A stretch of DNA of 63,754 bases, filler included, from 4 parts of 4 records of this genome joined end to end with filler, not necessarily neighbours in it, one strand, 5' to 3'; shown: positions 1 through 10,627, counted from the first letter of the whole stretch. Notes: generated by a model not told the origin, from the letters alone. Program-made: numbers and translations.

Positions 1-65
1 TAATTTATATTATGTAAAATAGAATATTTGAAAACCCACTATCTCTCTTGGTGTTTAATTGAAAA

Positions 66-926
66 TTAATCTTTTACATTGTATACAAAAGCACGGTATT
101 TAAGCAATGCTACAAACACGGCACCTCCCAATGCGTTACCAATTAGTGCTAAGGCGATAAAGCTTAGGTAGTCTGTGAAATTAATTTGTGGTGAGCTTAT
201 ATAGCCGGCAAAGACTTCTACATTACCTACAATACTATGGTGTAATCCTGCAAATGATAAGATTGCTGTGATTATAAAAATGATTAGCAATCTGCTTAAG
301 GTATCTTTTGAAGCAGCTACCAGCCATGATAATAACCCCATAAGCCAGCCTGCAAGAATTGCACTCACAAAAACGGCACTGCCTTCGTGGTCTGTAACGT
401 GTATGGCTATTTTTTCAATGGTTTGGAGGTTAAAGATACCAAGTTTAGGGCCGAACCAAACTAATAGAAATGCAATAATATAACCTCCGATTAAATTACC
501 TATTATTACTAAGCCCCAGAGTCTTAAGAGACTTCTTAGGGAGCGTTTTTTATTTAGCACTGGTAATGTTAGCAATGAGGTTTGTTCGGTAAAAAGAATG
601 GATTGTCCTAGAATAACCATTATAAACCCTATGGGATAGACTATTGAAAGCGCTTTAATGATGGTATCTTCAGCCACTTTTCCTGAGAGAAAGAAAAACA
701 ACGCGCAGATCATTAAATAGCTAAAGCCAATTTCTAAACCTGCTGTAAGCGAGCTTAGTAGGATGCTCACTGGTTTTTTATCGTAAGTCTCCTGCCCTTC
801 AATAATCTGTTGTTTAAGGATTTCGCCATGAGATTTTGCTGTTGTAGAATCTGATGGTTTGGAGTTTTTGAGTTCCCTATCTATGTTTTGTTGTTTCTCC
901 TCTTTAATTTTTTCTTCTTCGTCCAT
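66..926 (-). CDS. Formate/nitrite transporter (FNT) family protein, YfdC-like
   Basis: About 6 TM helices; LFTE, GNLIGG, HHSIVG and GNALGG motifs of FNT channels. Confidence 0.85.
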   Translation of the reverse strand: MDEEEKIKEEKQQNIDRELKNSKPSDSTTAKSHGEILKQQIIEGQETYDKKPVSILLSSLTAGLEIGFSYLMICALFFFLSGKVAEDTIIKALSIVYPIGFIMVILGQSILFTEQTSLLTLPVLNKKRSLRSLLRLWGLVIIGNLIGGYIIAFLLVWFGPKLGIFNLQTIEKIAIHVTDHEGSAVFVSAILAGWLMGLLSWLVAASKDTLSRLLIIFIITAILSFAGLHHSIVGNVEVFAGYISSPQINFTDYLSFIALALIGNALGGAVFVALLKYRAFVYNVKD

Positions 927-946
927 TTTTTTGGTGGTTGTGATAT

Positions 947-1002
947 AAAAAAAGGTTTCGTTTCAAGAAAAGGGACTGTTATTGGTTTTGAAACGAAACC
1001 TT
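947..1002 (-). terminator. Probable intrinsic terminator after the oxidoreductase gene
   Basis: 15-bp inverted repeat AAGGTTTCGTTTCAA/TTGAAACGAAACCTT with an adjacent A-run (U-tract on minus strand). Confidence 0.6.
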
Positions 1003-1026
1003 ATGTAGTATTTAGAATTAAGGATT

Positions 1027-1656
1027 TTACTTATTTATTAATTCTTCTAGGTGTTTTCTATTTGTAGATTTCCCATAGATTTTTTGTTCTGGATCCATGA
1101 GGTTGGTTTTTTCCAAACCACCTATATATACTGCATCAAAGCCGATATCTTCAATAAGCTGTTGGGTTATATTTTTGCTATCCTCATCTTGGGCTGCAAA
1201 TGGAATTGCCAGTTTATCTGTAGTTTGAAACGCTCTGTCGCGAAGATGATCTGAATAAATTGTATTGAATGCTTTTGCTGTTTTTGCGGTTCCGAATTTC
1301 ATAGCGGTATATTCGGAAGCGTTACGGTTGCTATCGCGTACCTCTTGCGCCATTTCGCCATCTCTTTCTGGATATGGGTTTGTAGCATCAATGATAACTT
1401 TATTACCGTATTCGCCTGCATATAGTTCGGCTAATTTATCGATTGCTTTAAATGGGACAGCCAACAGATATACGTCTGCATTTGCTTCCCATGCTTCATC
1501 TAAGCTTACGGCTTTAGCCTTCCCTCCTGCTTCTTTTGCTAATTGGGTTAGTTGTTCTGGGTGTCTGGAGGTAAATAATACTTCATGACCTGCTTTAGCC
1601 CAATGTGTACCTAAGGCACCACCTATTTTTCCACTTCCTATTACTCCTATTTTCAT
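1027..1656 (-). CDS. NADP oxidoreductase, F420-dependent reductase family
   Basis: N-terminal GxGxxG (IGSGKIG), IDATNP and KAFNTI motifs. Confidence 0.85.
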   Translation of the reverse strand: MKIGVIGSGKIGGALGTHWAKAGHEVLFTSRHPEQLTQLAKEAGGKAKAVSLDEAWEANADVYLLAVPFKAIDKLAELYAGEYGNKVIIDATNPYPERDGEMAQEVRDSNRNASEYTAMKFGTAKTAKAFNTIYSDHLRDRAFQTTDKLAIPFAAQDEDSKNITQQLIEDIGFDAVYIGGLEKTNLMDPEQKIYGKSTNRKHLEELINK

Positions 1657-1862
1657 AACTTTTTGGTTTAATAATTAATTTAAAACTGCACTGTATTAAA
1701 ACCATTCTGGTTGGTACAGTTACTATTTTTTCTTTTAAAATTAGGATGTTTGATCTGTATTAAAAAGTTTTTAAAAAAGATTTAACGCTATATCAGAGTA
1801 TTAACATTTCCATATAGCATTTAATCTAAAATTGCATATATTTTTGTTTAAAACTTAATTAG

Positions 1863-2822
1863 ATGATTGTTTGGGTAATTTTTATAGCATTTATCATTTT
1901 ATTCTTAGCGTTAGATTTAGGTGTTTTTAATAGAGAGGCACATATAATTAAAACAAAGGAAGCTGCAATATGGACAAGTATATGGGTTACTGTAGCGTTA
2001 GGATTTTCTGGGGTTATCTATTGGTTGTTTAGTGACGGATTAATTGAAAACCCAACCAATCTTACACCAGAGCTCGCGGTACTTAAGTACGTTACAGGGT
2101 ATTTAATAGAGCTTTCATTGAGCATAGACAATGTGTTTGTGATTGCGGTAATATTTTCTTCTTTTTCAATTCCTAAAAAATATCAGCATGAAGTTTTATT
2201 CTGGGGAATTTTGGGGGCGATTGTATTTAGGGCGTTGATGATCTTTTTTGGGGTGGCACTTATCAATAAATTTGATTGGATAATTTATGTTTTTGGGGCA
2301 TTTCTATTAATTACAGCCTTTAGAATGTTGATACATAAGGAAGAAGAGTTTGATCCAAAAAAGTCTAAGATGTTTCGGTATTTAAAGCGGCTATTCCCTG
2401 TAACCTACCGTATGGATGGCGATAAGTTTTTCATAAGAAGAATGGGAGTTAAGGCAGCTACTCCCCTTTTTGTGGCACTTATTATTATTGAATTTACAGA
2501 CATTCTTTTTGCTTTAGACAGTATTCCTGCGATTCTGGCTATTACGGCAGACCCCTTTATTGTGTTTAGCTCAAATATCTTGGCTATTTTAGGACTTCGT
2601 TCCATGTATTTTTTAATCTCACGTATGCTTACTAAGTTTCGGTATATTAATTATAGTTTGGTAGTTATCCTTGCTTTTGTTGGGGTTAAAATGATACTTT
2701 CTCACAATGTTGAAATCCCAGAATGGTTATCGCTTGGTGTAATTGGTGTTTCGCTTGCTGGAGGGATTATAGCTTCGTTGGTTATACCAGATGAAAACCC
2801 TGCTATAGCGGAAGAAGATTAA
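1863..2822 (+). CDS. TerC/Alx family membrane protein
   Basis: GYLIELSLSIDNVFV and DILFALDSIPA TerC motifs. Confidence 0.9.
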   Translation: MIVWVIFIAFIILFLALDLGVFNREAHIIKTKEAAIWTSIWVTVALGFSGVIYWLFSDGLIENPTNLTPELAVLKYVTGYLIELSLSIDNVFVIAVIFSSFSIPKKYQHEVLFWGILGAIVFRALMIFFGVALINKFDWIIYVFGAFLLITAFRMLIHKEEEFDPKKSKMFRYLKRLFPVTYRMDGDKFFIRRMGVKAATPLFVALIIIEFTDILFALDSIPAILAITADPFIVFSSNILAILGLRSMYFLISRMLTKFRYINYSLVVILAFVGVKMILSHNVEIPEWLSLGVIGVSLAGGIIASLVIPDENPAIAEED

Positions 2823-2903
2823 TTTCACAAAATCCTACTAAAAGTTTGGAATGCTTTTTTGGCTATCGTATCTTTAAGATTAGATAATTATAAACCTATA
2901 TAT

Positions 2904-3206
2904 ATGAATATAAATTTCGAATATCACGAAGTAGCTGCAAGTGCTAGATTAGAGGGCTTAGTAGCGGAAAAGCTTAATAAACTTGAAAATAAATACGACG
3001 CCATTGTTGGTGCAGATGTGTATTTTAAAAAGGAAAACTCTTCTAACCCAGAAAATGGAAAAATATGTAGTGTTCGTTTAGGAATGCCTGGAACAACAAT
3101 ATTTGCTGAAACAGCTACGGGTTCATTTGAGGCATCTATCGCAAAAGTAATTTCTGAATTACGCACGCAGTTACAGAAGCGTAAAGAAAAATTGAACGCA
3201 CATTAA
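2904..3206 (+). CDS. Ribosome hibernation promoting factor (HPF/RaiA family)
   Basis: About 100-aa S30AE-like sequence; ATG at 2904 aligns with the homolog at 35987-36289. Confidence 0.8.
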   Translation: MNINFEYHEVAASARLEGLVAEKLNKLENKYDAIVGADVYFKKENSSNPENGKICSVRLGMPGTTIFAETATGSFEASIAKVISELRTQLQKRKEKLNAH

Positions 3207-3208
3207 TT

Positions 3209-3631
3209 ATGGATACTATGGGAATAATAGCTCGAGACAAAAGACAATTAACCCTGATATATAGCAGTAATACGCGTGTTGGAAAGCATACACTTAGTTA
3301 TTTAACTGGCATTGATGAAAAATATTTGGCTATAGATTTGGTAAATACTAAGGTTTCAGATACCCAATGGGCTGAAATTGCTGAGGCTTTAAATAAAAAT
3401 ATTGGTGACTTAGTTGATACTAGGGAGTTGGATTTAAGTTCAGAAAGCACTGTTACGTTTGGTCCTGATGATTGGATTAAGATTATACAAAAGAATGATT
3501 TTGTAATCTCTCGTCCTATTGCAATTAAAGGAGAACGAACCAAACAGATAAGCAATCCTCCTGAAATAATGGAGTTTTTTGACACTGATAGTGCCGCAAT
3601 TGAAGAAAGACCTTCTCTAGATACCGAGTAA
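3209..3631 (+). CDS. ArsC/Spx-like thioredoxin-fold protein
   Basis: ArsC-family pattern with C-terminal RPI motif; homolog at 35461-35871. Confidence 0.6.
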   Translation: MDTMGIIARDKRQLTLIYSSNTRVGKHTLSYLTGIDEKYLAIDLVNTKVSDTQWAEIAEALNKNIGDLVDTRELDLSSESTVTFGPDDWIKIIQKNDFVISRPIAIKGERTKQISNPPEIMEFFDTDSAAIEERPSLDTE

Positions 3632-3654
3632 GCGGATAAGACACTTATTTAAAC

Positions 3655-3689
3655 AAAAAAAGATGCGTGAGGACGCATCTTTTTTTTTT
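3655..3689 (+). terminator. Intrinsic terminator
   Basis: AAAAAAAGATGCGT-gagg-ACGCATCTTTTTTT hairpin with T-run. Confidence 0.8.
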
Positions 3690-3733
3690 GGGATAATTAT
3701 AAGTAAGTAGTTCGTATTACAAATTTGATAAAA

Positions 3734-3761
3734 AAAAGCCCGTACAATTGTACGGGCTTTT
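3734..3761 (-). terminator. Intrinsic terminator downstream of the OmpA-family gene
   Basis: Perfect 28-bp palindrome AAAAGCCCGTACAATTGTACGGGCTTTT preceded by an A-run. Confidence 0.8.
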
Positions 3762-3780
3762 AGCTTATTTAAGTTACTGA

Positions 3781-4488
3781 TTACTCACCAGCTTGTTTTT
3801 GTGCGTCTTGCTTCATTTTTTCGTTAGGAACGATAGCAAGGTTTACACGTCTGTTTTTTGCACGACCTTCAGCAGTAGTATTATCTGCGATTGGTGCTGT
3901 TTCACCATACCAGTTTGTGGTAAATCTTCCAGAGCTTAATCCTTTATTCTGAACAAAATAGTTAGTTACGGCTGTAGCTCTATTTTTTGAAAGCGTCATA
4001 TTCATTTCATCAGCACCAACACTATCGGTATGGCCAATAACAAGAACATCGGTATCAGGGTATTCTTTAAGAACACCAGCAAGTTTATCTAACAAAGCTT
4101 GTGAAGCTGTGTTAACGTTGTATTTACCAGTGTCAAAATACACACCACTATTCTCATCGAATGTAACAACGATACCGTCGTCTACACGTTCTACTTGAGC
4201 ACCAGGAATTTCCTGCTCAATTTTTTGAGCTTGCTTATCCATTTTTGAACCAATAAGCACACCTGCGCCACCACCTACAACACCACCAATTACAGCACCG
4301 AGTTCACCGTTACCACCTTTACCAATATTATTACCTAATATTGCGCCTAAAACGGCTCCACCAGCGGCTCCAATTACGGCTCCTTTCTGTTTATTATTTG
4401 CATTTTTAGTAGCTTCACAGCTTCCTAGACTAATAAGTAGCGTTAGTGCTAGTGTAGCTAATGCGGTTTGTTTTAAGAAATTTTTCAT
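3781..4488 (-). CDS. OmpA family lipoprotein with glycine zipper
   Basis: Lipobox (LGSC), Gly-zipper, GHTD..G...N..LS..RA and NRRV OmpA C-terminal motifs. Confidence 0.92.
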   Translation of the reverse strand: MKNFLKQTALATLALTLLISLGSCEATKNANNKQKGAVIGAAGGAVLGAILGNNIGKGGNGELGAVIGGVVGGGAGVLIGSKMDKQAQKIEQEIPGAQVERVDDGIVVTFDENSGVYFDTGKYNVNTASQALLDKLAGVLKEYPDTDVLVIGHTDSVGADEMNMTLSKNRATAVTNYFVQNKGLSSGRFTTNWYGETAPIADNTTAEGRAKNRRVNLAIVPNEKMKQDAQKQAGE

Positions 4489-4493
4489 AATAG

Positions 4494-4973
4494 TTAGTCT
4501 TGAATTTTAGAAAAGTTCATATTTATTTTAAAGGGTTTGCCTTCTAAATTTACTGTTTGTTCCCAGCGCATAGAAGATTCACTAAGTTGTGCCAATTGTA
4601 ATCTGATACCAACATTGGTTTCAGACTTGCCTTTAGCGTTTGTAGGTTTCAATAGAAAATCATAGAGTCCTGTTGCAGGATCGATTTCTTGAATAACGAA
4701 TACAAAGTCACGCTGACCTGTTGGGCAACTTGCGTTTTCAATTGTATAGTTACCAGTGTTGTTATTAGGTATAAATCTCCAGTTACTACCTTCGAAGCAT
4801 TCAGCTGAAGCATCGTTAAAAAGTGTAACATTGTATTTTCCTGGGGCACCATAAGTAATATCGTCTAAAGACCAATATCCTTTGATAACTTTACGAGATT
4901 CAATCACGGTTTTTGGTGTTCCGCAAGAAAATGCTGTGGCCGCAATAAGGGCCAAAATGAGGATTTTTTTCAT
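4494..4973 (-). CDS. Lipocalin-like lipoprotein
   Basis: Lipobox FSC, GxW motif (KGYW); co-oriented with the OmpA gene in both Flavobacteriaceae contigs. Confidence 0.7.
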   Translation of the reverse strand: MKKILILALIAATAFSCGTPKTVIESRKVIKGYWSLDDITYGAPGKYNVTLFNDASAECFEGSNWRFIPNNNTGNYTIENASCPTGQRDFVFVIQEIDPATGLYDFLLKPTNAKGKSETNVGIRLQLAQLSESSMRWEQTVNLEGKPFKINMNFSKIQD

Positions 4974-5010
4974 AAATAAATTAGTTTGATTAATTAGAGG
5001 TTAAGTTATT

Positions 5011-5172
5011 TTATCTTCTAAACAGTCTTGAAAGCAAAGACAGTACCAAAAGCACAATAAAAATGTAAAAAATAATTTGTGCGATATCTGTAGCACCTTC
5101 TGCGATTTTTCCAAATCCAAATAATGCTGCAATTAATGCAATTACTAAAAAGGTTATAATCCAACGTACCAT
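5011..5172 (-). CDS. DUF1328 (UPF0391) small membrane protein, not in ORF track
   Basis: Manual translation, 53 aa: [53 protein letters not shown]. Confidence 0.85.
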   Translation of the reverse strand: MVRWIITFLVIALIAALFGFGKIAEGATDIAQIIFYIFIVLLVLSLLSRLFRR

Positions 5173-5270
5173 AATATATTGTTTTTAATGATTAGTATTC
5201 CACTAAATTAAATAACAATAATTATGCTTGAAGAATCTTTATCTAAAGTTTAACAGTAAAAGTTAAAATA

Positions 5271-7277
5271 TTAGTAAGATAGCAATTTTAGCAACAATAT
5301 TTTAAACTTTTCTTTAGGTAAGTAGGTTTTTTCTAAGTTTGCTGCAAATGGGATTGGGGTTTCCATGCTTGCAACACGCTGTACAGGAGCGTCTAAATAT
5401 TCAAAACAATTCTCCATTATCAATGCGGAGATATCAGAAGCGATACCACCAAATAAGGAGTCTTCTTGAAGAATAATAACTTTTCCTGTTTTCTTAACTG
5501 ATTGGTATATTGCTTCGGTGTCTAAAGGCACCAAGGTGCGTAAATCAATTAAATCTGCATCAATTTCAGGATGCCCGTCAAGGGTTTCTAATGCCCAATG
5601 TACGCCAGCACCATAGGTTATAATAGTAACGTTTTTTCCTTCTTTAATTAAAGAGGCTTTCCCAAATGGTAATGTGTAGTAGTCTGTAGGAACATCTTGG
5701 CGAATACTTCTATACAATGCTTTATGTTCAAAAAACATAACTGGATTTGGGTCTTCAATACTTGTAGCCAAAAGTCCTTTAGCGTCATACGGAAAAGCTG
5801 GATACACCACCTTAAGTCCTGGTGTATGCGTAAACCAAGCTTCGTTCGTCTGGCTATGAAATGGCCCTGCGCCTACTCCTGCACCACATGGCATACGAAC
5901 AACTACATCTGCATTTTCATTCCAGCGGTAATGGCTTTTAGCTAGGTAATTAATAATAGGATTAAAGCCAGAAGTAACAAAATCAGCAAATTGCATTTCA
6001 ACAACGGCTTTAAAGCCACTTATGGAAAGTCCCATTGCGGCAGAAACAATTGCAGATTCACATATAGGGGTATTGCGAACGCGTTCTTTTCCAAACTGCG
6101 CTACAAACCCTTCGGTTATTTTAAAAACACCTCCATATTCCGCTACATCTTGCCCCATAATTACAAGATTATCATGGCGTTCCATTGCTTGTTTTAATCC
6201 TTGAGAAATAGCATCTATTAAACGAATGTTTTCTTTTTCTGAATTTACACTAACTTCTTGATAATTAAATGATTTATAAACATCATTTAACTCGTTAGTT
6301 TCAGAAGATTCTATTTCAGGTTCGGCAAAAGCTATGTCAAGATTTTCATCAATTTCTTGTTTAAATTCGTCTTTAAACTTCTGGATATCGGTTTCGAAAA
6401 TAACTTCTTCAGCTAATAAAAAACTTTCAAAATTTAAAAGCGGATCACGCATTCCCCATTCATCTATTAAATCTACAGGAACATATTTTGTACCACTAGC
6501 CTCTTCATGGCCACGCATTCTAAAGGTTTTAAACTCTATCAAAATAGGTCTTGGATTGTTTCGCATGCTATCAACCAAACTTTTTAGCTTGGTGTAAACT
6601 TCCAGCACATTATTACCTTCAATAATATGTGATTCCATGCCGTAGCCTTTACCACGGTCGGCTAGATTTTCGCAATTATATTGTTCATTTGTAGGTGTTG
6701 AGAGTCCATAACCGTTGTTTTCAATACAGAAAAGAACAGGTAGTTGCCAAACAGAAGCTACGTTTAAAGCTTCGTGGATATCACCTTCACTGGAGCCGCC
6801 TTCTCCTGTAAAAACTGCACAAACCTTATTGTTTTGTTTTAATTTATTTGCAAGTGCTATACCATCCGCAACGCCAAATTGTGGTCCTAAATGCGAAATC
6901 ATCCCCACAATATTAAATTCTTGCGTACCAAAGTGAAAACTACGGTCTCTACCTTTGGTGAAGCCGTTTGCTTTTCCTTGCCATTGTGAAAATAACCTAT
7001 GCAATGGAATTTCACGCATCGTGAAGATTCCAAGATTTCTGTGCATTGGTAAAATGTATTCGTCTTTATCCAAAACCGCTGCAACACCTATAGATATTGC
7101 TTCCTGCCCTATTCCGCTAAACCATTTTGAAACTTTTCCTTGGCGAAGAAGAATGAGCATTTTCTCTTCTATCATTCGCGGTTTCAACATACCGCGGTAT
7201 AGGTTTATTAATGTATTGTTATCGATATCCTTTCTATTGTAATCGAAGAAAATATGTGGTTTTGTTTCAGATTTCAT
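5271..7277 (-). CDS. Fused 2-oxoacid (probably branched-chain) dehydrogenase E1 alpha/beta
   Basis: TPP-binding GEG...NN motif, RMRGHEE, beta-subunit NTPICESAI and GPFHSQ. Confidence 0.9.
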   Translation of the reverse strand: MKSETKPHIFFDYNRKDIDNNTLINLYRGMLKPRMIEEKMLILLRQGKVSKWFSGIGQEAISIGVAAVLDKDEYILPMHRNLGIFTMREIPLHRLFSQWQGKANGFTKGRDRSFHFGTQEFNIVGMISHLGPQFGVADGIALANKLKQNNKVCAVFTGEGGSSEGDIHEALNVASVWQLPVLFCIENNGYGLSTPTNEQYNCENLADRGKGYGMESHIIEGNNVLEVYTKLKSLVDSMRNNPRPILIEFKTFRMRGHEEASGTKYVPVDLIDEWGMRDPLLNFESFLLAEEVIFETDIQKFKDEFKQEIDENLDIAFAEPEIESSETNELNDVYKSFNYQEVSVNSEKENIRLIDAISQGLKQAMERHDNLVIMGQDVAEYGGVFKITEGFVAQFGKERVRNTPICESAIVSAAMGLSISGFKAVVEMQFADFVTSGFNPIINYLAKSHYRWNENADVVVRMPCGAGVGAGPFHSQTNEAWFTHTPGLKVVYPAFPYDAKGLLATSIEDPNPVMFFEHKALYRSIRQDVPTDYYTLPFGKASLIKEGKNVTIITYGAGVHWALETLDGHPEIDADLIDLRTLVPLDTEAIYQSVKKTGKVIILQEDSLFGGIASDISALIMENCFEYLDAPVQRVASMETPIPFAANLEKTYLPKEKFKILLLKLLSY

Positions 7278-7401
7278 CTTAAATAATTAACAATATCAAA
7301 AGTAGAAAAAAACCCATTGCAACAAGGATTATTAATGCAAATTTTATCTTCGGAAAAACTTTGGTAAATTGGTATCTTTGTACTTTAAAAATATAAATGC
7401 T

Positions 7402-8352
7402 ATGAATAATATACCCAGCGTAGATTTAGCCGATTTCCTTTCAGACGACCCGAAAAGGAAACAAAAGTTTGTAAATGAAATAGGAAGCGCATACGAAGAC
7501 ATAGGTTTTGTTTCATTAAAAAATCATTTTTTAAGCGATGCCTTGGTAGATAATCTATATAAAGAAGTTAAAAGTTTTTTTAGTCTTCCAGTTGAAGTAA
7601 AGGAATCCTATGAAATTGAAGGACTTGGAGGGCAAAGAGGTTATATTTCCTTTGGGAAAGAGCATGCAAAAGGTAAAAAAGAAGGAGATTTAAAAGAGTT
7701 TTGGCATTTTGGACAAGAGCCAAGTGCAGATGCAAACCTTTCAGAAGACTATCCAGAAAACATACACGTAAAGGAGCTACCTGATTTTAACCGTACTGGT
7801 ATGGAAGCGTATAGAATGCTTGAAAAAACAGGCATTTATGTTCTACGTGCTTTGTCTTTATATATTGGATTGGATGAGTTTTACTTTGACCATTGGGCAA
7901 CAAACGGCAATAGTATTTTGCGACCTATACATTACCCGCCAATTAAAGAAGAGCCAAAAGGTGCTGTACGTGCTGGTGCTCACGGAGATATTAACCTTAT
8001 TACACTTTTAATGGGTGCTTCTGCTGGAGGATTGCAAGTATTGCGTAAAGATGGTGAATGGATAGATGCAATACCAAATGAAGATGAGCTTGTTATTAAT
8101 GTTGGTGATATGCTAGAGCGCCATACTAACAATAAGCTACGTTCTACAATACATCGTGTTGTAAACCCACCTAAAGAAGAATGGGGTACGGCACGCTACT
8201 CTATTCCATTTTTTATGCATCCACGTAGCGATATGAAATTAAACTGCTTGCCAGAATGTATTGATTCGGAACATACAAAAGCGTATGATGATATTACCGC
8301 TGGAGAGTTTTTACACCAACGATTGGTGGAGATTGGATTAATTAAAAAGTAA
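7402..8352 (+). CDS. 2OG-Fe(II) oxygenase, isopenicillin N synthase family
   Basis: HxD (HGD), distal H (IHRV) and RxS (RYS) motifs; ATG 7402 matches the contig 2 homolog. Confidence 0.9.
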   Translation: MNNIPSVDLADFLSDDPKRKQKFVNEIGSAYEDIGFVSLKNHFLSDALVDNLYKEVKSFFSLPVEVKESYEIEGLGGQRGYISFGKEHAKGKKEGDLKEFWHFGQEPSADANLSEDYPENIHVKELPDFNRTGMEAYRMLEKTGIYVLRALSLYIGLDEFYFDHWATNGNSILRPIHYPPIKEEPKGAVRAGAHGDINLITLLMGASAGGLQVLRKDGEWIDAIPNEDELVINVGDMLERHTNNKLRSTIHRVVNPPKEEWGTARYSIPFFMHPRSDMKLNCLPECIDSEHTKAYDDITAGEFLHQRLVEIGLIKK

Positions 8353-8394
8353 GTTGTTAGTGGCAATTTGCAGATAAACTTGAAAATTTAGACT

Positions 8395-8724
8395 TTGAGA
8401 TCTTTAGAAGACCAATTAAAAAACCTTTTTCCAGACCATGAGCCCAAAGATATTCCTGAAACGCAGGAGGAATCAACACTTTGGATGCAAGATGATCCTT
8501 TAATTTGCAAATATGAAAAGCGAAAAGGAAAACCAATTACAATCATTGAAGGATATACAGGTGCCGATTCAGACTTTAAAATTCTTGCGAAAGAAATAAA
8601 GCAGTTATTGAGTGTTGGCGGTAGTTTTAAGAACGAACAAATAATTATTCAAGGGGATTATCGCGATAAAATTATGACCTTTTTAAAAGAAAAAGGGTTT
8701 AAGGTAAAACGTGTTGGAGGATAA
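8395..8724 (+). CDS. SUI1/YciH translation initiation factor family protein
   Basis: EKRKGKPITII, GGSFK, IQGDYR SUI1 motifs; TTG start. Confidence 0.88.
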   Translation: MRSLEDQLKNLFPDHEPKDIPETQEESTLWMQDDPLICKYEKRKGKPITIIEGYTGADSDFKILAKEIKQLLSVGGSFKNEQIIIQGDYRDKIMTFLKEKGFKVKRVGG

Positions 8725-8729
8725 ATAGT

Positions 8730-9602
8730 ATGGTGAAAATTAAAGAATCGGAGCTAATCCTTAATCCTGATGGAAGTATTTATCATCTCAATTTACTACC
8801 CCACCAACTTGCAGATACTATAATTACCGTTGGTGATCCAGACCGTGTAGCTACAGTTTCAAAATATTTTGACACCATTGAATTTAAAACCCATAAAAGG
8901 GAGTTTAAAACACATACCGGAAGCTTTAATGGAAAACGCATAAGTGTGATTTCTACAGGTATTGGGACTGATAATATTGATATTGTTTTAAATGAATTAG
9001 ACGCCTTAAAAAATATTGATTTTGAAACACGCACTATTAAAAATCAACTTACCCCTTTAAAAATAATCCGCATAGGAACTTCTGGTGCAATTCAGCCAGA
9101 AATAGCGATTGATAGTTTTTTGGTTTCAGCAAAAGCAATTGGGTTTGACAATTTGCTTCATTTTTATAAAGAAACTTCTTTCCTTGATACTGATTTTTCA
9201 GCAGCATTTACCGAACATACTAACTGGAACGCTAAAAAATCTGAACCCTATGTTGTTTCAGCGGATGATGAATTACTAAAAAAGTTTAGTTCAAAGGAAT
9301 TTATTAAAGGTATTACCGCCACAAACGTAGGTTTTTATGGGCCACAAGGACGTGTGCTTCGTCTTTCAACTGAAGATAAAAACATGAATGATAAAATCCA
9401 AAAATTCAATTATAAAGGTGCTAAAATTACCAATTTGGAGATGGAAACATCTGGAATCTATGGATTGGCAAGATTATTGGGTCATAGTGCAATATCGCTA
9501 AATGCTATTTTGGCAAATAGAGCAAATGGAACCTTTAGTCTTAATTCTGAAAAGACTATTGATTCTTTAATAAAAACGACATTGAAAATTATTTCTAAAT
9601 GA
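8730..9602 (+). CDS. Nucleoside phosphorylase (uridine phosphorylase-like)
   Basis: GDPDRV, STGIG, RIGT, FYGPQGR and NLEME motifs. Confidence 0.9.
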   Translation: MVKIKESELILNPDGSIYHLNLLPHQLADTIITVGDPDRVATVSKYFDTIEFKTHKREFKTHTGSFNGKRISVISTGIGTDNIDIVLNELDALKNIDFETRTIKNQLTPLKIIRIGTSGAIQPEIAIDSFLVSAKAIGFDNLLHFYKETSFLDTDFSAAFTEHTNWNAKKSEPYVVSADDELLKKFSSKEFIKGITATNVGFYGPQGRVLRLSTEDKNMNDKIQKFNYKGAKITNLEMETSGIYGLARLLGHSAISLNAILANRANGTFSLNSEKTIDSLIKTTLKIISK

Positions 9603-10447
9603 AAAACTTCCTGATTGGCGGGGTGCCAGAACACTTCAATTTACCTTGGTACATCGCACTTCGCGATAAGGAATTTCAGAAAAAGAATATTAACCTTCGT
9701 TGGAAAGATTATCCAGGAGGAACAGGACAAATGTGTCAAGCTCTTAGAGAAAAAGAGATTGATATGGCTGTTATACTCACTGAAGGCGTAGTTCGTGATA
9801 TTATTAATGGTAATGATTGCAAAATTGTGCAAGTTTTTGTGAAATCACCCTTAATCTGGGGGATTCATGTTGCTGCAAATTCAGATTACAAAACTGTTTC
9901 AGACCTAAAAGGAACGTCGGCGGCTATTAGTAGGTATGGTTCGGGCTCGCATTTAATGGCTTATGTAAATGCTGAAAACTTAGAATGGAATTTACAAAAT
10001 GACTTAAAGTTTAAAGTAATTCAAGATCTTGATGGTGCTTTGGAAGGTTTACCAAATGGAAACGGTGATTATTTTATGTGGGAAAAATTTATGACCAAAC
10101 CCTATGTTGATACTGGTGTTTTTAGATTGGTTGGCGAATCCCCTACTCCTTGGCCAAGTTTTGTGATTGCAGTTAGAAATGATGTTTTAGATAATGATGC
10201 TGAGGCAATACAAACTATTCTAGAAATAATAAACGCGACTACTAGAAGTTTCAAGCAATTAGAAAATATTGACCAAATTATAGCAAAAAGATACGGTCAG
10301 AAAATTGAAGATGTTCAAGAATGGCTTTCATTAACAGAATGGAGTGATAGTCAGTTAACGTTAGCAGAGCTCGAAAACATTCAACAAAAGTTATTAGAAT
10401 TAGATTTAATTGAAAATAAAATACAGCATACCAGCATTTTAAAATAA
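9599..10447 (+). CDS. PBP2-fold substrate-binding-domain protein (NMT1/THI5-like) without signal peptide
   Basis: GVPEHFNLPW, GTG, SRYGSGSHLM, WEKFMTKP, TPWPSF motifs conserved with 23951-24802. Confidence 0.7.
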   Translation: MKNFLIGGVPEHFNLPWYIALRDKEFQKKNINLRWKDYPGGTGQMCQALREKEIDMAVILTEGVVRDIINGNDCKIVQVFVKSPLIWGIHVAANSDYKTVSDLKGTSAAISRYGSGSHLMAYVNAENLEWNLQNDLKFKVIQDLDGALEGLPNGNGDYFMWEKFMTKPYVDTGVFRLVGESPTPWPSFVIAVRNDVLDNDAEAIQTILEIINATTRSFKQLENIDQIIAKRYGQKIEDVQEWLSLTEWSDSQLTLAELENIQQKLLELDLIENKIQHTSILK

Positions 10448-10519
10448 ATCACAAAAAAATTTAAATTTTACGCAACCCGAGAAAGCATACTGCATCTTAT
10501 TTGTATAAAATCAAATATT

Positions 10520-10627
10520 ATGACTACATTTTTAATCGTTTTGGGAGCGTTGTTGGTCACTAACTTTCTTTTGTTACAGTTTAGCTGTAATGATGCTACC
10601 GAACCAGAAGTACCCGAAGAAGAATAG
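10520..10627 (+). CDS. Small single-TM protein, 35 aa, not in ORF track
   Basis: MTTFLIVLGALLVTNFLLLQFSCNDATEPEVPEEE; hydrophobic helix and acidic tail; A-rich leader. Confidence 0.55.
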   Translation: MTTFLIVLGALLVTNFLLLQFSCNDATEPEVPEEE

